This document shows, piece by piece, positions 31,185-41,775 of a stretch of 64,000 bases of DNA (positions are counted from its first letter, which is position 1; every line of letters begins with the position of its first letter). Both the position numbers and the translations under genes were made by a program. Location: the NCBI GenBank assembly GCA_000165345.1, contig CM000434.1:672001-736000 (forward strand), read 5' to 3'. The notes below the pieces were generated by a model. The model had not been told where the DNA came from. It saw only the letters and a list, made by a program, of their open reading frames with translations, and made no database searches.

Positions 31185-34100
31185 ATGAAAGTTAACCGAT
31201 TATTTTCGCCTATTGGCATTTTTATTGCCATTTTACTTGTCAATTCTTTTGGTCCAAGTGAATACATAGGACTCGTAGATGCTGCCGCTGCTGCTGCTGC
31301 TGCTGCTTCCAAGGAAAGTGTTAGCTTGCTCTCTGTTCTCTCGAAGTTGGTAGCATTGAAGAACTACTGGAAACGTCTTCACAAGAATAGGATGAAACAG
31401 CCAAATAATAAAGGTCTCATTTCAGAAATGGTAAGGGTTGAGGGCGAAATCAAGGATCTTGAGGCAGAAGCAGGCAACGAATTTGGAGGCTCTAGAGCAG
31501 ATCAAGTTTTTAATCAAGCAGAGTTACGTCTTTCTGGAATGGATCCAAGTGGCCTACTCCTTGAACCAAAAACTCTTCCAAAAGACCCAACTGTACCAGC
31601 CTCAGCCCCAGCTAAAGAAGCAAGATTCGTGGTTTCACCGCCTACCACTCAAACAGTAACGTCAGTTGCAGTTCCAACTGAAACTCCAGCTGTATCAGTT
31701 CCAGCTGTACCAGTCCCAGCACCAACTGTACCAACCCCAGCTCAAGCAACAAAAGTCGTAATTCCACCACCAGTTATTCAAACAGCAACGTCAGTTCCAG
31801 TTTCAGGTCCAGCTTCAGCTATGCCATCTCGGGTTCAAGCAACAAAAGTCGTGGTTTCACCGCCTACCACTCAAACAGCAACGTCAGTCGCAGTCCCAAC
31901 CCCAGAAATATTAACTTCAGCTCCAGCTGTACCAGTCCCAGCTCCAGTTGTACCAACCCCAGCTCAAACTCCAGATATTGAAATTGGTTCTCAAGATCAA
32001 GAAGGTGGAGTTGTGACTACTCCAGAATATCCAGGACATTTGGATATTCCAGGAGAAACTGGTCCAGAAGATTTTCCACAATATGAGACTCCAGGTTCAC
32101 CATATTCTCCAACTCAAACACCAGAACAATTTCCACTTGGCAGTTTCTCAGATAATTGGAAGTCACAATTTGTTGGTACCAAACAATCTGATTTTCTTAA
32201 ATTTGGAGTTGATGGGTCTGAATATGAATCAGATCCTGCTGCTAAAGCAGCCTTTTCTAGGTATATTCAGGCAACTTCCAATGGAGTCTCTGATTTTAGC
32301 TCTTCCTTAAGGAGTTTATCGGAATGTAAAATAATCGCTGAGAGACACATTATTTTCTTGCAGGCTTTCATTCATCATTTCTCAGCCTTATCAAATATTC
32401 AACTACAACCTGAATTATATTGTTTGTTATTCACAAACTCAATGAAGCCAAACATTTTCTCGTTTGTTTCAAATTTGAAAAATTATTTGAACAACAACAA
32501 ATATACATTTGAGGAAGAACATTTAGCTCGATCAGTGAATATTGGATTGAACTATTTAGCAACGAAGACATTCACAAGGAAAGACCTTACAGTTACAGGA
32601 GTTAAGAAGCTTGTTAAAGAAAATAGAGAATTGGCATTAGAATGTGATGCTGATAATGTCATATTTGCTACTTCTTTATTGCTTTTAACAAACATTTATT
32701 CAGATAATCTTGGAATGAGCTCTCAAATCAATTTGGCTGATATTTGTAGTATACTCAAAGGATACCAAGACTTAGAATCAAGAGTACGTGAAATTGTTTC
32801 TCTCTTTTACAGAGCAGGTGATGTTAGCAGACACTCATTATTCGATTTGTCAATCTTGGTTAAAGAATCTTTGGAATCAGCATACAGAGCTCTTTCAATT
32901 CCATTCTCAGATTACTTCTTAGATACTGACAAAAAAACTCTCAAGAGTCTTACACCAATGAGCACTACTATCAATGTTGATGAAATTATTAAACCAATCG
33001 ATCATGATGATGTGATTAGAACTTCTGATAGATATATTTCTGGTAAAGTTCCAATTCCAGAGATTCCAGGTCCACCAAGCCGTCGTGGAAGCGGTCCTAT
33101 TTCAGATAGAGTCATTCCAACTTCAACTGATGAGATCTTTAAACCATTAAGAACTTCCAAAGATTATCAACCATTTAAAAGAGGTAGTCTATTACATCCA
33201 CCTACCCCAGAGAATCTCCCTGATAAGGCTTCAGGCAGAGGATTTGTAAAATCTTTACAAGTTCACATGAAACCAAGAGAGTATGAGACTGAATTTATAT
33301 ATGGAAGCTCAGGGTTTGTTAGTCCTCAGTTAACTTACTTTAAGAGAGTCTCAGAACGTGAATATAATCATGATAAGAAAATTAAACAAGCCAAAGAAGA
33401 ACAAAAACGTCTTGAGAAGAAGAGAGAACAGAGAATGACACGTGGATACAAGGACTTGAGAGGAGTTAAAGAATTAGATGGTGCTGACGAAAGCGTTTCA
33501 GAATTACCAGATATTTCTGAAGAGCCTTCTCCACTTCCAGAATTTGAAGAGCCAGAAAGAATTATTCCATCCAAATTTGAAACTAAATTACACAAGCTTG
33601 TTCCAAAGAGTAGCAGTATTTACACTCAACCATCACAAAGATTCCATTCAACGCCATTAGCATATACCACTTTGAAACCAATGAAGGGAATGCTTAGTAC
33701 TGAGAGTAGATTGAATTCCGATTTAAGCTCTGAATTAGAGTTGGATGAAGCTTCAGAAGGAACAATTGGTCTTCCTTCTCAAAAAGGAGACGACGCTGCG
33801 GAAAAATCTCATGAAGGAGATGTTTCTGTTTCTGATGAATTTTCAAATCTATCGATTTCAAAGTCTGAAAAAACTCTTACAACTGAAGTTGCTGCTAGAG
33901 AATTATTAATAAAGTGCACAGATTTATCTAGATCACAAAAGAAAAGAGCTCTTAGCTTGTTTAGAGTTCTCAAATACCTATATAAAGGACATACAACTGG
34001 TTGGTATATAACTGCATTCTGTAGAGCTGTGTACTTTGCAGAGAAGGATGTATGCATTTCTAAAGGAGTAAAATCTTTAAATATTAAAGAAATGGCATCT

Positions 34101-34223
34101 GAGTGTTTCAATGCTTTAAATAGCTCTCCATTCATTAAAAAAAATCCAGAACTTTCAAATCTAAGTCGTCAAGTATGTTATTCATATTACAAGAAGAGAG
34201 CAGCCACTGTTTGTTTGGGGTAA
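31185..34223 (+). CDS. Secreted Thr/Pro/Val-rich mucin-like glycoprotein, 1012 aa, with a signal peptide, a poly-Ala tract, an internally duplicated PT-rich region and a large non-repetitive C-terminal domain.
   Basis: Signal peptide MKVNRLFSPIGIFIAILLVNSFG. A9 is encoded by (GCT)n at 31281-31307. The unit ATKVVVSPPTTQTATSVAVPT...PAVPVPAPVVPTPAQ is repeated. The Thr/Ser/Pro density is typical of O-glycosylated apicomplexan mucins. Confidence 0.7.
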   Translation: MKVNRLFSPIGIFIAILLVNSFGPSEYIGLVDAAAAAAAAASKESVSLLSVLSKLVALKNYWKRLHKNRMKQPNNKGLISEMVRVEGEIKDLEAEAGNEFGGSRADQVFNQAELRLSGMDPSGLLLEPKTLPKDPTVPASAPAKEARFVVSPPTTQTVTSVAVPTETPAVSVPAVPVPAPTVPTPAQATKVVIPPPVIQTATSVPVSGPASAMPSRVQATKVVVSPPTTQTATSVAVPTPEILTSAPAVPVPAPVVPTPAQTPDIEIGSQDQEGGVVTTPEYPGHLDIPGETGPEDFPQYETPGSPYSPTQTPEQFPLGSFSDNWKSQFVGTKQSDFLKFGVDGSEYESDPAAKAAFSRYIQATSNGVSDFSSSLRSLSECKIIAERHIIFLQAFIHHFSALSNIQLQPELYCLLFTNSMKPNIFSFVSNLKNYLNNNKYTFEEEHLARSVNIGLNYLATKTFTRKDLTVTGVKKLVKENRELALECDADNVIFATSLLLLTNIYSDNLGMSSQINLADICSILKGYQDLESRVREIVSLFYRAGDVSRHSLFDLSILVKESLESAYRALSIPFSDYFLDTDKKTLKSLTPMSTTINVDEIIKPIDHDDVIRTSDRYISGKVPIPEIPGPPSRRGSGPISDRVIPTSTDEIFKPLRTSKDYQPFKRGSLLHPPTPENLPDKASGRGFVKSLQVHMKPREYETEFIYGSSGFVSPQLTYFKRVSEREYNHDKKIKQAKEEQKRLEKKREQRMTRGYKDLRGVKELDGADESVSELPDISEEPSPLPEFEEPERIIPSKFETKLHKLVPKSSSIYTQPSQRFHSTPLAYTTLKPMKGMLSTESRLNSDLSSELELDEASEGTIGLPSQKGDDAAEKSHEGDVSVSDEFSNLSISKSEKTLTTEVAARELLIKCTDLSRSQKKRALSLFRVLKYLYKGHTTGWYITAFCRAVYFAEKDVCISKGVKSLNIKEMASECFNALNSSPFIKKNPELSNLSRQVCYSYYKKRAATVCLG
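31620..31980. repeat. Imperfect tandem duplication with a unit of about 222 nt (plus a partial inner copy) encoding the PT-rich repeats of the mucin-like protein.
   Basis: tcgtggtttcaccgcctaccactcaaacag occurs at about 31627 and about 31849. caagcaacaaaagtcgt occurs at about 31744 and about 31838. ccagctgtaccagtcccagc occurs at about 31700 and about 31921. Confidence 0.6.
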
Positions 34224-35707
34224 TTTCAAACTGAATGATTATATACAAAGAAACAAAAAGTGTGACTATAAGGGAAGATGAGATGAAAATGGGAAAAGGA
34301 AAGTTGTTTGAGTGGGGTAAAGTGAGAAAATTTGGTTGATGGGGAGAAAATGTAAATATTCCCGTCTTAAGGCCTTTGATTTTTCTCCTAATCCTGAGGA
34401 CTAAAAACACTATTTACTTTTGTTAATAGTGAATAATAATCCTTACATCATTGTTCTATTCCCTTCATTACTCTTCTCTAATTCTCAGTTTTTTTTTACA
34501 ATGGTAAAATGCATGTGACTTTTGGACCTTTTCTATTCTCAACATTATTCCATCAACCCATTCAAATTATACTCAATATCATCCTCTAATCTTTATTTCT
34601 ATTACCATCAATCCACCACGTATTAATAAAAAACCTCTCCAAGCTTTTTTTTCATTTTTCCCCACATTGGCGCGCAAATGTAACTTACATGTGATTGCAT
34701 GCATTTACATGAAATCACTTACGTGTATAGTGTTTTTGACGCGGGAAGAGTATTTATGAAGTTATTCATAATAATATAATGATTATAATGAATTTTCTTT
34801 TTGAGACCAAGAAGATAGATAATGAACTTCCGTTTTCCAGATGATTTATGGTAAATGAATGTAATGGTAAAACGTGGTGAAAGTTCTATGTAAATCTAAT
34901 AATTTTCGCATTGGAGGGGTGAGGAGAGATGAATAGAAGGCAGAAATAAGTGAGGAAATGATTTAAATGCATAGTACTTTGTACGGAGGAGAAGATATTA
35001 TCTCTTTATCAAGAATATGGATATTAGTTGATAAAAGTTGGTATGGATGATTATGTAATTTTAAGAATATAATAAATATTATCAAGGGAGTATAAGTAGG
35101 TAGCGATTGCATTACTTACCTATTTAGTTTTGAGTACAGGGATAAATTGAAATAGATTATTGGATTTCACTCTTTCTATAGCTAGAGTTATGCACATGAA
35201 TACTTTGAATAAAATTCAAAAATATCAGACTTAAAATATTACTATGATAGAAATACTTAGCACTTATTAATCTTTAATAAAAAAAAGTTCAAAGCTCTTC
35301 TTTTTTTCTTATTTATTATGTTTTATGATTTAAGGCTTATTTTTACACTCATTATTTAAGCTTAAATATTAAATTTCTCTCTTATCTGGACCGGTGGGGG
35401 AGTGGGAAAGAAAAATTCTGTCTTTTTCTCATTCCAATAATATTAAGTATCAAATATTGTTACAAGGTCCGGGAGGTTTGGGACAAAATAGAAGGAGATA
35501 GAGGGTTAAAAATAGGAAAATTCAATCAAGTAGTAACGAATTGATATAACTTGTAAATTGTAGTCAGGTTTATAGTAATTTTGATTTTAGTAAAGTAAGA
35601 AAAGAAAGAAGATTGTTACATTTTAGATATAATAATAGCAGCTTAAGTTAAGTTAAATATATTATTGGCCTAATATATTCCATATATAAGTAAAATTAAA
35701 GTGAAAG

Positions 35708-36447
35708 ATGGCAAGTTCTTTATTGGAAAATGATATTATTAGTCAAAATATTGGAAATGGTCTCATTTCAAAGAAAAAGAGTAAAAAAAAACTAAACAAG
35801 TTCTCAAAATCAAGTAATAGTGAACTAGAAAAGCAACAAAATGATAAAAAAGAATACTATCCAACAAAAAATGCCATGATGGAAAGCGAAGATGATGATC
35901 TAACAGATGAAGAATTTGAGGAATATGAGGAATACGAGGAAGATATGAGTAACTTTGATTATTTAAAAATCTTCAAAATTCCCTTAATATTATTTATTCT
36001 TTCATTCATTAGTGTTTTATTTGTAGATTTATTCGGAAAAGACTATCTTGGGAATGAATTAGAGAATGGAATATATAATATGATTGATCCTAATTATGGT
36101 TCTTTTATTTGGAATCTTTCAGGTAAGTAAGCTAAATTTTCATGATAGCTTCTTTTTTTTAAAAAGGAGAAACTAACTAACTAAATCATTTTCTTGCAGA
36201 AAAACAAATAGATAAAGTAAGAATTGAAGACATTCAAGTGGCAATTCAAATGCTATTGATGTATGTTGACAATCATTTTAACCAAACAAAGCTGACATTA
36301 GACGGATTGGAGTCAAAACTAAGCAAAAGTATTACAGAAAATAAAGATACCTTAATAGAATTAAACAACCAAATTGATAAAATTGAGCGGGAAATTTCAC
36401 ATAAGACTGACTATTTAGAGAAAATGATTTCAGAATCCAAGCTTTAA
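35708..36447 (+). CDS. Two-exon gene (35708-36122 and 36200-36447) encoding a protein of about 220 aa with an acidic N-terminus, one TM segment and a C-terminal coiled coil.
   Basis: The donor is AG|GTAAGT at 36123. A 77-nt AT-rich intron ends TTCTTGCAG at 36199, and the phase-1 junction joins ...NLS-E-KQIDKVRIEDIQ.... This merges two track ORFs (35708-36130 and 36238-36447). Confidence 0.5.
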
Positions 36448-36691
36448 AGCTTGTGAAAAAACTTCCGGCTAAAATTTACTATGATCAAAACTATCTTAGA
36501 AAAACTAAAACCTAGAAAGAGCTAAACTAAATTTCTATATATTTTTTTTAATAATAAACTACTGCTCTTCTTGGTCATTTTCATTATTTTTATTAATATT
36601 TTATTGCATGTAATAATTACGTGTCATACATGCAAATTTGCATAATTTTTGCAAAATTGCTATACCGGTTTGACAGTAGATTAATCGGAAA

Positions 36692-36704
36692 TTTCCCGCC
36701 AAAA
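36692..36704. promoter_or_regulatory. Canonical E2F box TTTCCCGCCAAAA, the reverse complement of TTTTGGCGGGAAA, 30 bp from a TATACCGGTT element at 36661-36670; about 300 bp upstream of the next gene.
   Basis: Read directly: gctataccggtttgacagtagattaatcggaaatttcccgccaaaagtgac. Confidence 0.45.
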
Positions 36705-36997
36705 GTGACAATTCAAAAAAAAAAAATAACCCAAATTAAAAAAAAAAAATAGTGGTGAATTTTTAATAAGATAGGAAAATAACTGGGTAAGAGAGGGCTT
36801 AAGATTAAGAATTTGGAATTTAAATAATTCAATAACAGTGATTTTATTGCAATTATAGATCAAGTATAAGAGAAATTACTCATTGCGAAGGTTTATTCGG
36901 GAATGTAATTTTGTACAAAATTTCGGCTCAGCTTATTACTGGCAGAAAATTTGACTTGAGTCTGAATAATTGATTTAGAGTATTCTGCTGTGAAGTA

Positions 36998-38797
36998 ATG
37001 ATTTTCTTACTAACCTGTATATATTTATTTGGCATTACTTTGCTAGAATTCAAGGCCAATGCACAGAATATATTGGATGATTGTGTAAAGGCTGGGTTGG
37101 CAAGCTACAAACGACAAAATGTATTTCAAAAGTTTAGGTTAAGACTTGATGTGTCGGATAATATTTCAAAATATGAAAATTTTTTGAAAAATTATAATAC
37201 TTTGGATGAGAATATTTCTTTTATGGATGAGGAATATCTTCAAGACATTTCAAGATTTTTATTTGACAGGAATGAAATTTTGATCGATTATTTTTGGGAC
37301 TCAATGATGGATTCTCTGCCTCCTACTTGGCATGTATATGGAATAAGGCCTATACAAGCTTCAATTATAAGGACTAGATTCATGGAATCTTGTGTAAGCA
37401 ATATATATAGTTTATATAAAGAAGGTAAGATAGAGAAGTTTCATACTGCAATTCCGAACCTTAGGGATGCAAGGTATCTTACTTCAGGTAAGGTGAATGA
37501 AATATGCCGAAATATCAAAGGAAAGATTGAGAATTTTGGTTTTGAGATACCACCTGTAATTAAAACAATTGGGAGATCAAATTTACCAGTATACTACAGA
37601 TGTTCAGAAATCCAAAGTGACGAACTAGCTGACGTTACTATCTTTATTTTAGACAAGAAGATTCCAAAGTTCAATATTCCAAAGCAAAAGATTTGTGAAA
37701 TAGTGAATGTAATGATCAGAGAACCAGCTTCATTCCATAACTCTTGTTTTGGAGTTTTGTCTTTTGGTTTGAGAGGATATCTTCCCATTGACAATGAAAC
37801 TAGAGATAGCTTGGACTTTGCTTGTAAAATTATGGATAATATTAGAAAATATACAAGATTATTTTCCAAAGAGCCAATACAAATGCCTAATAAAAACATT
37901 AAAGACATCATTGTTGAAAATTTATTGAGAATTTATCCTAATATTGAGTTAACTGGTATAGGAATGGAAATTGTTGAACAAGTGAAGATTAGTGAATACA
38001 GATTCATAGAAAGTTGTACGAACTTTTCGGAAACTCTATTCGCATTGCAAGGTTTTAAAATCATTGAAAAACAAGTTTCTAAACAAAATGGTATGAAGAC
38101 AAATGGTTCATCTGATGAACAGAAGGATGAAGAGGATAAGGAGATTGATAATAATATTGCTCATCCATTTGAGGGGGATCCTAGAGATCTCAGGAAGAAA
38201 CTTTTACTTGCTTGTTCTGGGATTCATATGCATTTATTTGAAATTAAACCAAAAGGAGTATCATTTACAAAACTAATAAACTCGAGGATTATTGTTCAAG
38301 AAGATTTTTCAAAGGTTTCAAAGTCTAAGCTACTTTATCTTGATATGTGTGACAATAAAAATGCAGTGATTTTGGATAAGCATAGTATCACCCAAGATAC
38401 TTTGGCTGAGATTATTCTCTCAGCCATTTTACACTCCTCTAGCAAGTCAATGAGCTCTATAGCCCTTTATAATGGATTTGTTAAGGAATATATTTGTTCA
38501 ATTTCCGGAGAAATCATTAGTTCATTGAGAAACAATTTTGAAACATTCCCAAAATTCGAAGAAACTGGTTTTATGAACAGTTGTAGACAAATTATTTCTG
38601 AAGAGGTTTTTCCAAGACAAAAAGAGAAATCAATGAATTTTATGCTCAAAAAATCCATTATCAAACTTTGTAGTATTGTTGTCAATTCCCTTATCCAAAT
38701 TTCTCAGCTACTAAACTCAAATTCAAGCCTCGATAACATCAAAGGCCAGGATGATGACGAATTAACCTCTAGTGAGTATTTAAGCGAAGAAATCTAA
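36998..38797 (+). CDS. Secreted hypothetical protein of 599 aa with an N-terminal signal peptide.
   Basis: MIFLLTCIYLFGITLLEFKANAQ reads as a signal peptide. I recognise no domain. Confidence 0.6.
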   Translation: MIFLLTCIYLFGITLLEFKANAQNILDDCVKAGLASYKRQNVFQKFRLRLDVSDNISKYENFLKNYNTLDENISFMDEEYLQDISRFLFDRNEILIDYFWDSMMDSLPPTWHVYGIRPIQASIIRTRFMESCVSNIYSLYKEGKIEKFHTAIPNLRDARYLTSGKVNEICRNIKGKIENFGFEIPPVIKTIGRSNLPVYYRCSEIQSDELADVTIFILDKKIPKFNIPKQKICEIVNVMIREPASFHNSCFGVLSFGLRGYLPIDNETRDSLDFACKIMDNIRKYTRLFSKEPIQMPNKNIKDIIVENLLRIYPNIELTGIGMEIVEQVKISEYRFIESCTNFSETLFALQGFKIIEKQVSKQNGMKTNGSSDEQKDEEDKEIDNNIAHPFEGDPRDLRKKLLLACSGIHMHLFEIKPKGVSFTKLINSRIIVQEDFSKVSKSKLLYLDMCDNKNAVILDKHSITQDTLAEIILSAILHSSSKSMSSIALYNGFVKEYICSISGEIISSLRNNFETFPKFEETGFMNSCRQIISEEVFPRQKEKSMNFMLKKSIIKLCSIVVNSLIQISQLLNSNSSLDNIKGQDDDELTSSEYLSEEI

Positions 38798-39362
38798 TTG
38801 GTTACATTTTTAAAAGTTTTAAAGAAAAAAACAAGAAAAGAGCATTTTTAATATTCAAAATTTGTAGATCAGGGCGCCAAAATGTGTGCATTTATCCGAT
38901 ACCCAAAATAAGAATTATGTCAGAATTTATCCTTAAATTGGAGCATAAATAAATATTTCAGATTCCTAGTATAATAGATTTTGTGTGATTTGGATATTGT
39001 ATGTATATTCATATCATATATGGACGTATATGCATCCCTTATTTGAAATTTCTTAATTTCCAGATTTATTTCCGCCCTATTAATTTTTACCCTCTGCTTT
39101 GGGGGGAATCTCCTCTGAAAGGCGGCAAGTCTAATAATTAAAAGATTCAGGTGCGTTATGTCGACGCTTGGAGATGATTAGTTGATAAAGCAATAAATTG
39201 ATAAAAAGGTAAAGTGGGATGTACACTTGTACACAGTTTTAGGGCTTTGAAGAAAAAGAAAGTGTGAGAGAAAGCCATTATATTTGAAGCTTGTACAAGT
39301 TTTTATTTGAATTGATTCAGATTTTCTTTTAAGCATTGTTAGGTGGAAAAGAACAAGTGAAT

Positions 39363-41315
39363 ATGAATAAGAAGACTTATGTTTTGGGAGCAATTGGGTG
39401 TATTATCCTTGCTGTTGGGGGAGTTCTTGGCTCTGAGACTGATTTATATGGGTCTGACATTTTAGGTTCTGCTGGTGAGAAATCTTCATCAATGTTTCCA
39501 AGTAATGAAGAGTCAGCATCAGCTTCTGGAGAAGATCTCGCAGGTATTTCTAGTGACTCAGAAGTAACATCTTCTTCGGGATCTGGTATTGATGGTTCCA
39601 ATTTGGATATGAGTAAATCGCAATCCCAAGGTGATTTGAGTGCTTCCGTAGGAGGAATTGCTCCCCATTCTGATTTTGTTGGTGGAGATGCTAGTGAAGG
39701 TCTTAGATCATCATTAGCATCTTCCATTCAACCAGATATTACTGTTGAACCATCAACTTCTCAACAAAGATCTATTGGATTTGTTGATAAATCAACTGAT
39801 GATACTTCTAAGCCTGAAGAGAGGTCTTCAAGGATGGAATTTGTTATTACAAGAAATGCAGAAATAGCAATTGAAAACCTTTTCCCATCTTTAGAGTCTG
39901 CCAATATTCTTACAGTTAGTGATATCTCCAAGTATCCAAGTGTTGAACTTAATGATGAGAAGGTATTGGAAAGTCAACTTAATAAAAAAATTAATTATTA
40001 TAAGGTTGAGCTTCCAATGACCCACGATACAATTTCTGGACTCTCTACTAGTGATCCTAGAGTTGAAATTGGAGTAAAATCCAAGTTTGAATTGTTAGTT
40101 GATGAAAATCAGCCACGTATGGAACGTATTCTAAGGTTCTTAGGCTCAAATCCTGTTGATTTAGCTGGTCAAGATAAATTCGATTTAGCTACAATATTAT
40201 TCTCTGTAGTTGCTTATGGAGAATGCATTAAAAGATTGAATGGAATCAACTCCGCTCTAGATGTTGTTGAGATTTGTACCCAGCTTTCCAGAGAAGATGT
40301 CCTTACAATTCAACCAGAAGATCTACCAAAGAATGTACTTAAAGAGAAGATTGAACTCTTTAAGCTTACTGGAACTGTTATATCCATTCCTTTACCTCTA
40401 TTTACTGAAGCTTCAAACTTGAAATGGAGACATGTTTCAAACTCTAATGGAATTTACCAAGTATATAACAGTGGAGCAATTGATGGTTTTGCTCATTTTG
40501 ATTTCCTTTACAAAAAGCTCTACGATATTATTAATACCATTCACTACCCAGGATTCCAGTTTATCGATGATGTTAGAGTAGATTTGTATTATGGTATGAA
40601 AGGAATTAGACTTCAGCTTGGAAATGGTGAACAAAGCAGAAGAGTCAAAAAGAATATTTCAAATATCATGGAATTTTATGATGATTGGTATAAAGGACCA
40701 AAATCCAAGAGATTATGTTCACAAAATTACTATAATTCTTTATTGGCTGTGGGACCAATATATGATGCTGTTCGCGAAATGACCAAAATCCTCAAATCTA
40801 TACAAGATGAAATGGTTGCCAATCCCAGTGTTGTTGAAGAAGAATTTAATGGAATCCCAAGACAATCACTTTTTAATATACATTTTAACGAAAGAAAATT
40901 CTTTACTAATAATGTTGTTCCAATATTTACCAATATTAACGATGCAGTTAAAGCAGGCAATGTCAAGCCAATCAGATCTGAAATCCTTCGTATTCTTGCA
41001 ATTCTTGAAGAGATTGAATTCAATTCTAAGGAAGTTATCAAAGTTCTTCAAGATCTTAACAAATGTATTAAAACTTCTGGACATAACTTTAATTATGAGC
41101 TCGGGTATATTAAGCGCGACTATTACAAACTTGTTAAGGCTGTCAGGAAAATCCATCCGAGACATCCCTTCCCTCTTCCTTCCAGTCCATTATACATTAA
41201 AGGGAAAAAGTTCGGAATCAAGAATCTCTTCAGAAAGAATGCTGCTAGAGCCAAACTCGGATACTATCGAGAAATTAATCCTTTCAATAAGTCCGAGAAA
41301 ACTTCGAAGAAGTAA
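39363..41315 (+). CDS. Secreted hypothetical protein of about 651 aa with a signal peptide, then an acidic Ser/Gly-rich low-complexity region.
   Basis: The track's start at 39336 is a TTG; the first ATG is at 39363 (MNKKTYVLGAIGCIILAVGGVLGS). Confidence 0.6.
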   Translation: MNKKTYVLGAIGCIILAVGGVLGSETDLYGSDILGSAGEKSSSMFPSNEESASASGEDLAGISSDSEVTSSSGSGIDGSNLDMSKSQSQGDLSASVGGIAPHSDFVGGDASEGLRSSLASSIQPDITVEPSTSQQRSIGFVDKSTDDTSKPEERSSRMEFVITRNAEIAIENLFPSLESANILTVSDISKYPSVELNDEKVLESQLNKKINYYKVELPMTHDTISGLSTSDPRVEIGVKSKFELLVDENQPRMERILRFLGSNPVDLAGQDKFDLATILFSVVAYGECIKRLNGINSALDVVEICTQLSREDVLTIQPEDLPKNVLKEKIELFKLTGTVISIPLPLFTEASNLKWRHVSNSNGIYQVYNSGAIDGFAHFDFLYKKLYDIINTIHYPGFQFIDDVRVDLYYGMKGIRLQLGNGEQSRRVKKNISNIMEFYDDWYKGPKSKRLCSQNYYNSLLAVGPIYDAVREMTKILKSIQDEMVANPSVVEEEFNGIPRQSLFNIHFNERKFFTNNVVPIFTNINDAVKAGNVKPIRSEILRILAILEEIEFNSKEVIKVLQDLNKCIKTSGHNFNYELGYIKRDYYKLVKAVRKIHPRHPFPLPSSPLYIKGKKFGIKNLFRKNAARAKLGYYREINPFNKSEKTSKK

Positions 41316-41775
41316 TAAGTTGGGACTTTTTTTTAAGTTAACGAGGGGATTATTCATTACTCCTGGGTTGTATCGTGGCGGCGATGGTGGTATACCTTTA
41401 TTACAACTTTTCTCTCCTTTATCCACATAAATAGCTATATTACTTCATCTTTAGTTGGAGGATTTTCAACACTTGAATTTCAAGTTTTATATTTTTATTA
41501 ACTTAGGATAATATTAGAGATCAGCAGTTGGAAATTGGTTGGTAGTTATTAAAAATAAATGAACTGATAATACTGATCGGAGTAAATAAAATGTATATTG
41601 GATTCAAAGGATTTCCATAAAAAAAAATAACAGAGAAAATGATTCTGTTTTTTTTTATAGAAATACTCTTTACCTATATATATAGAATTTGAAGTTAATT
41701 CCTTTTATTATTTACAATATATTCTCTTTCCTTAGTAGTTATTATTTCTTGTAAGAATTATTAAAGTTAGAAGAT

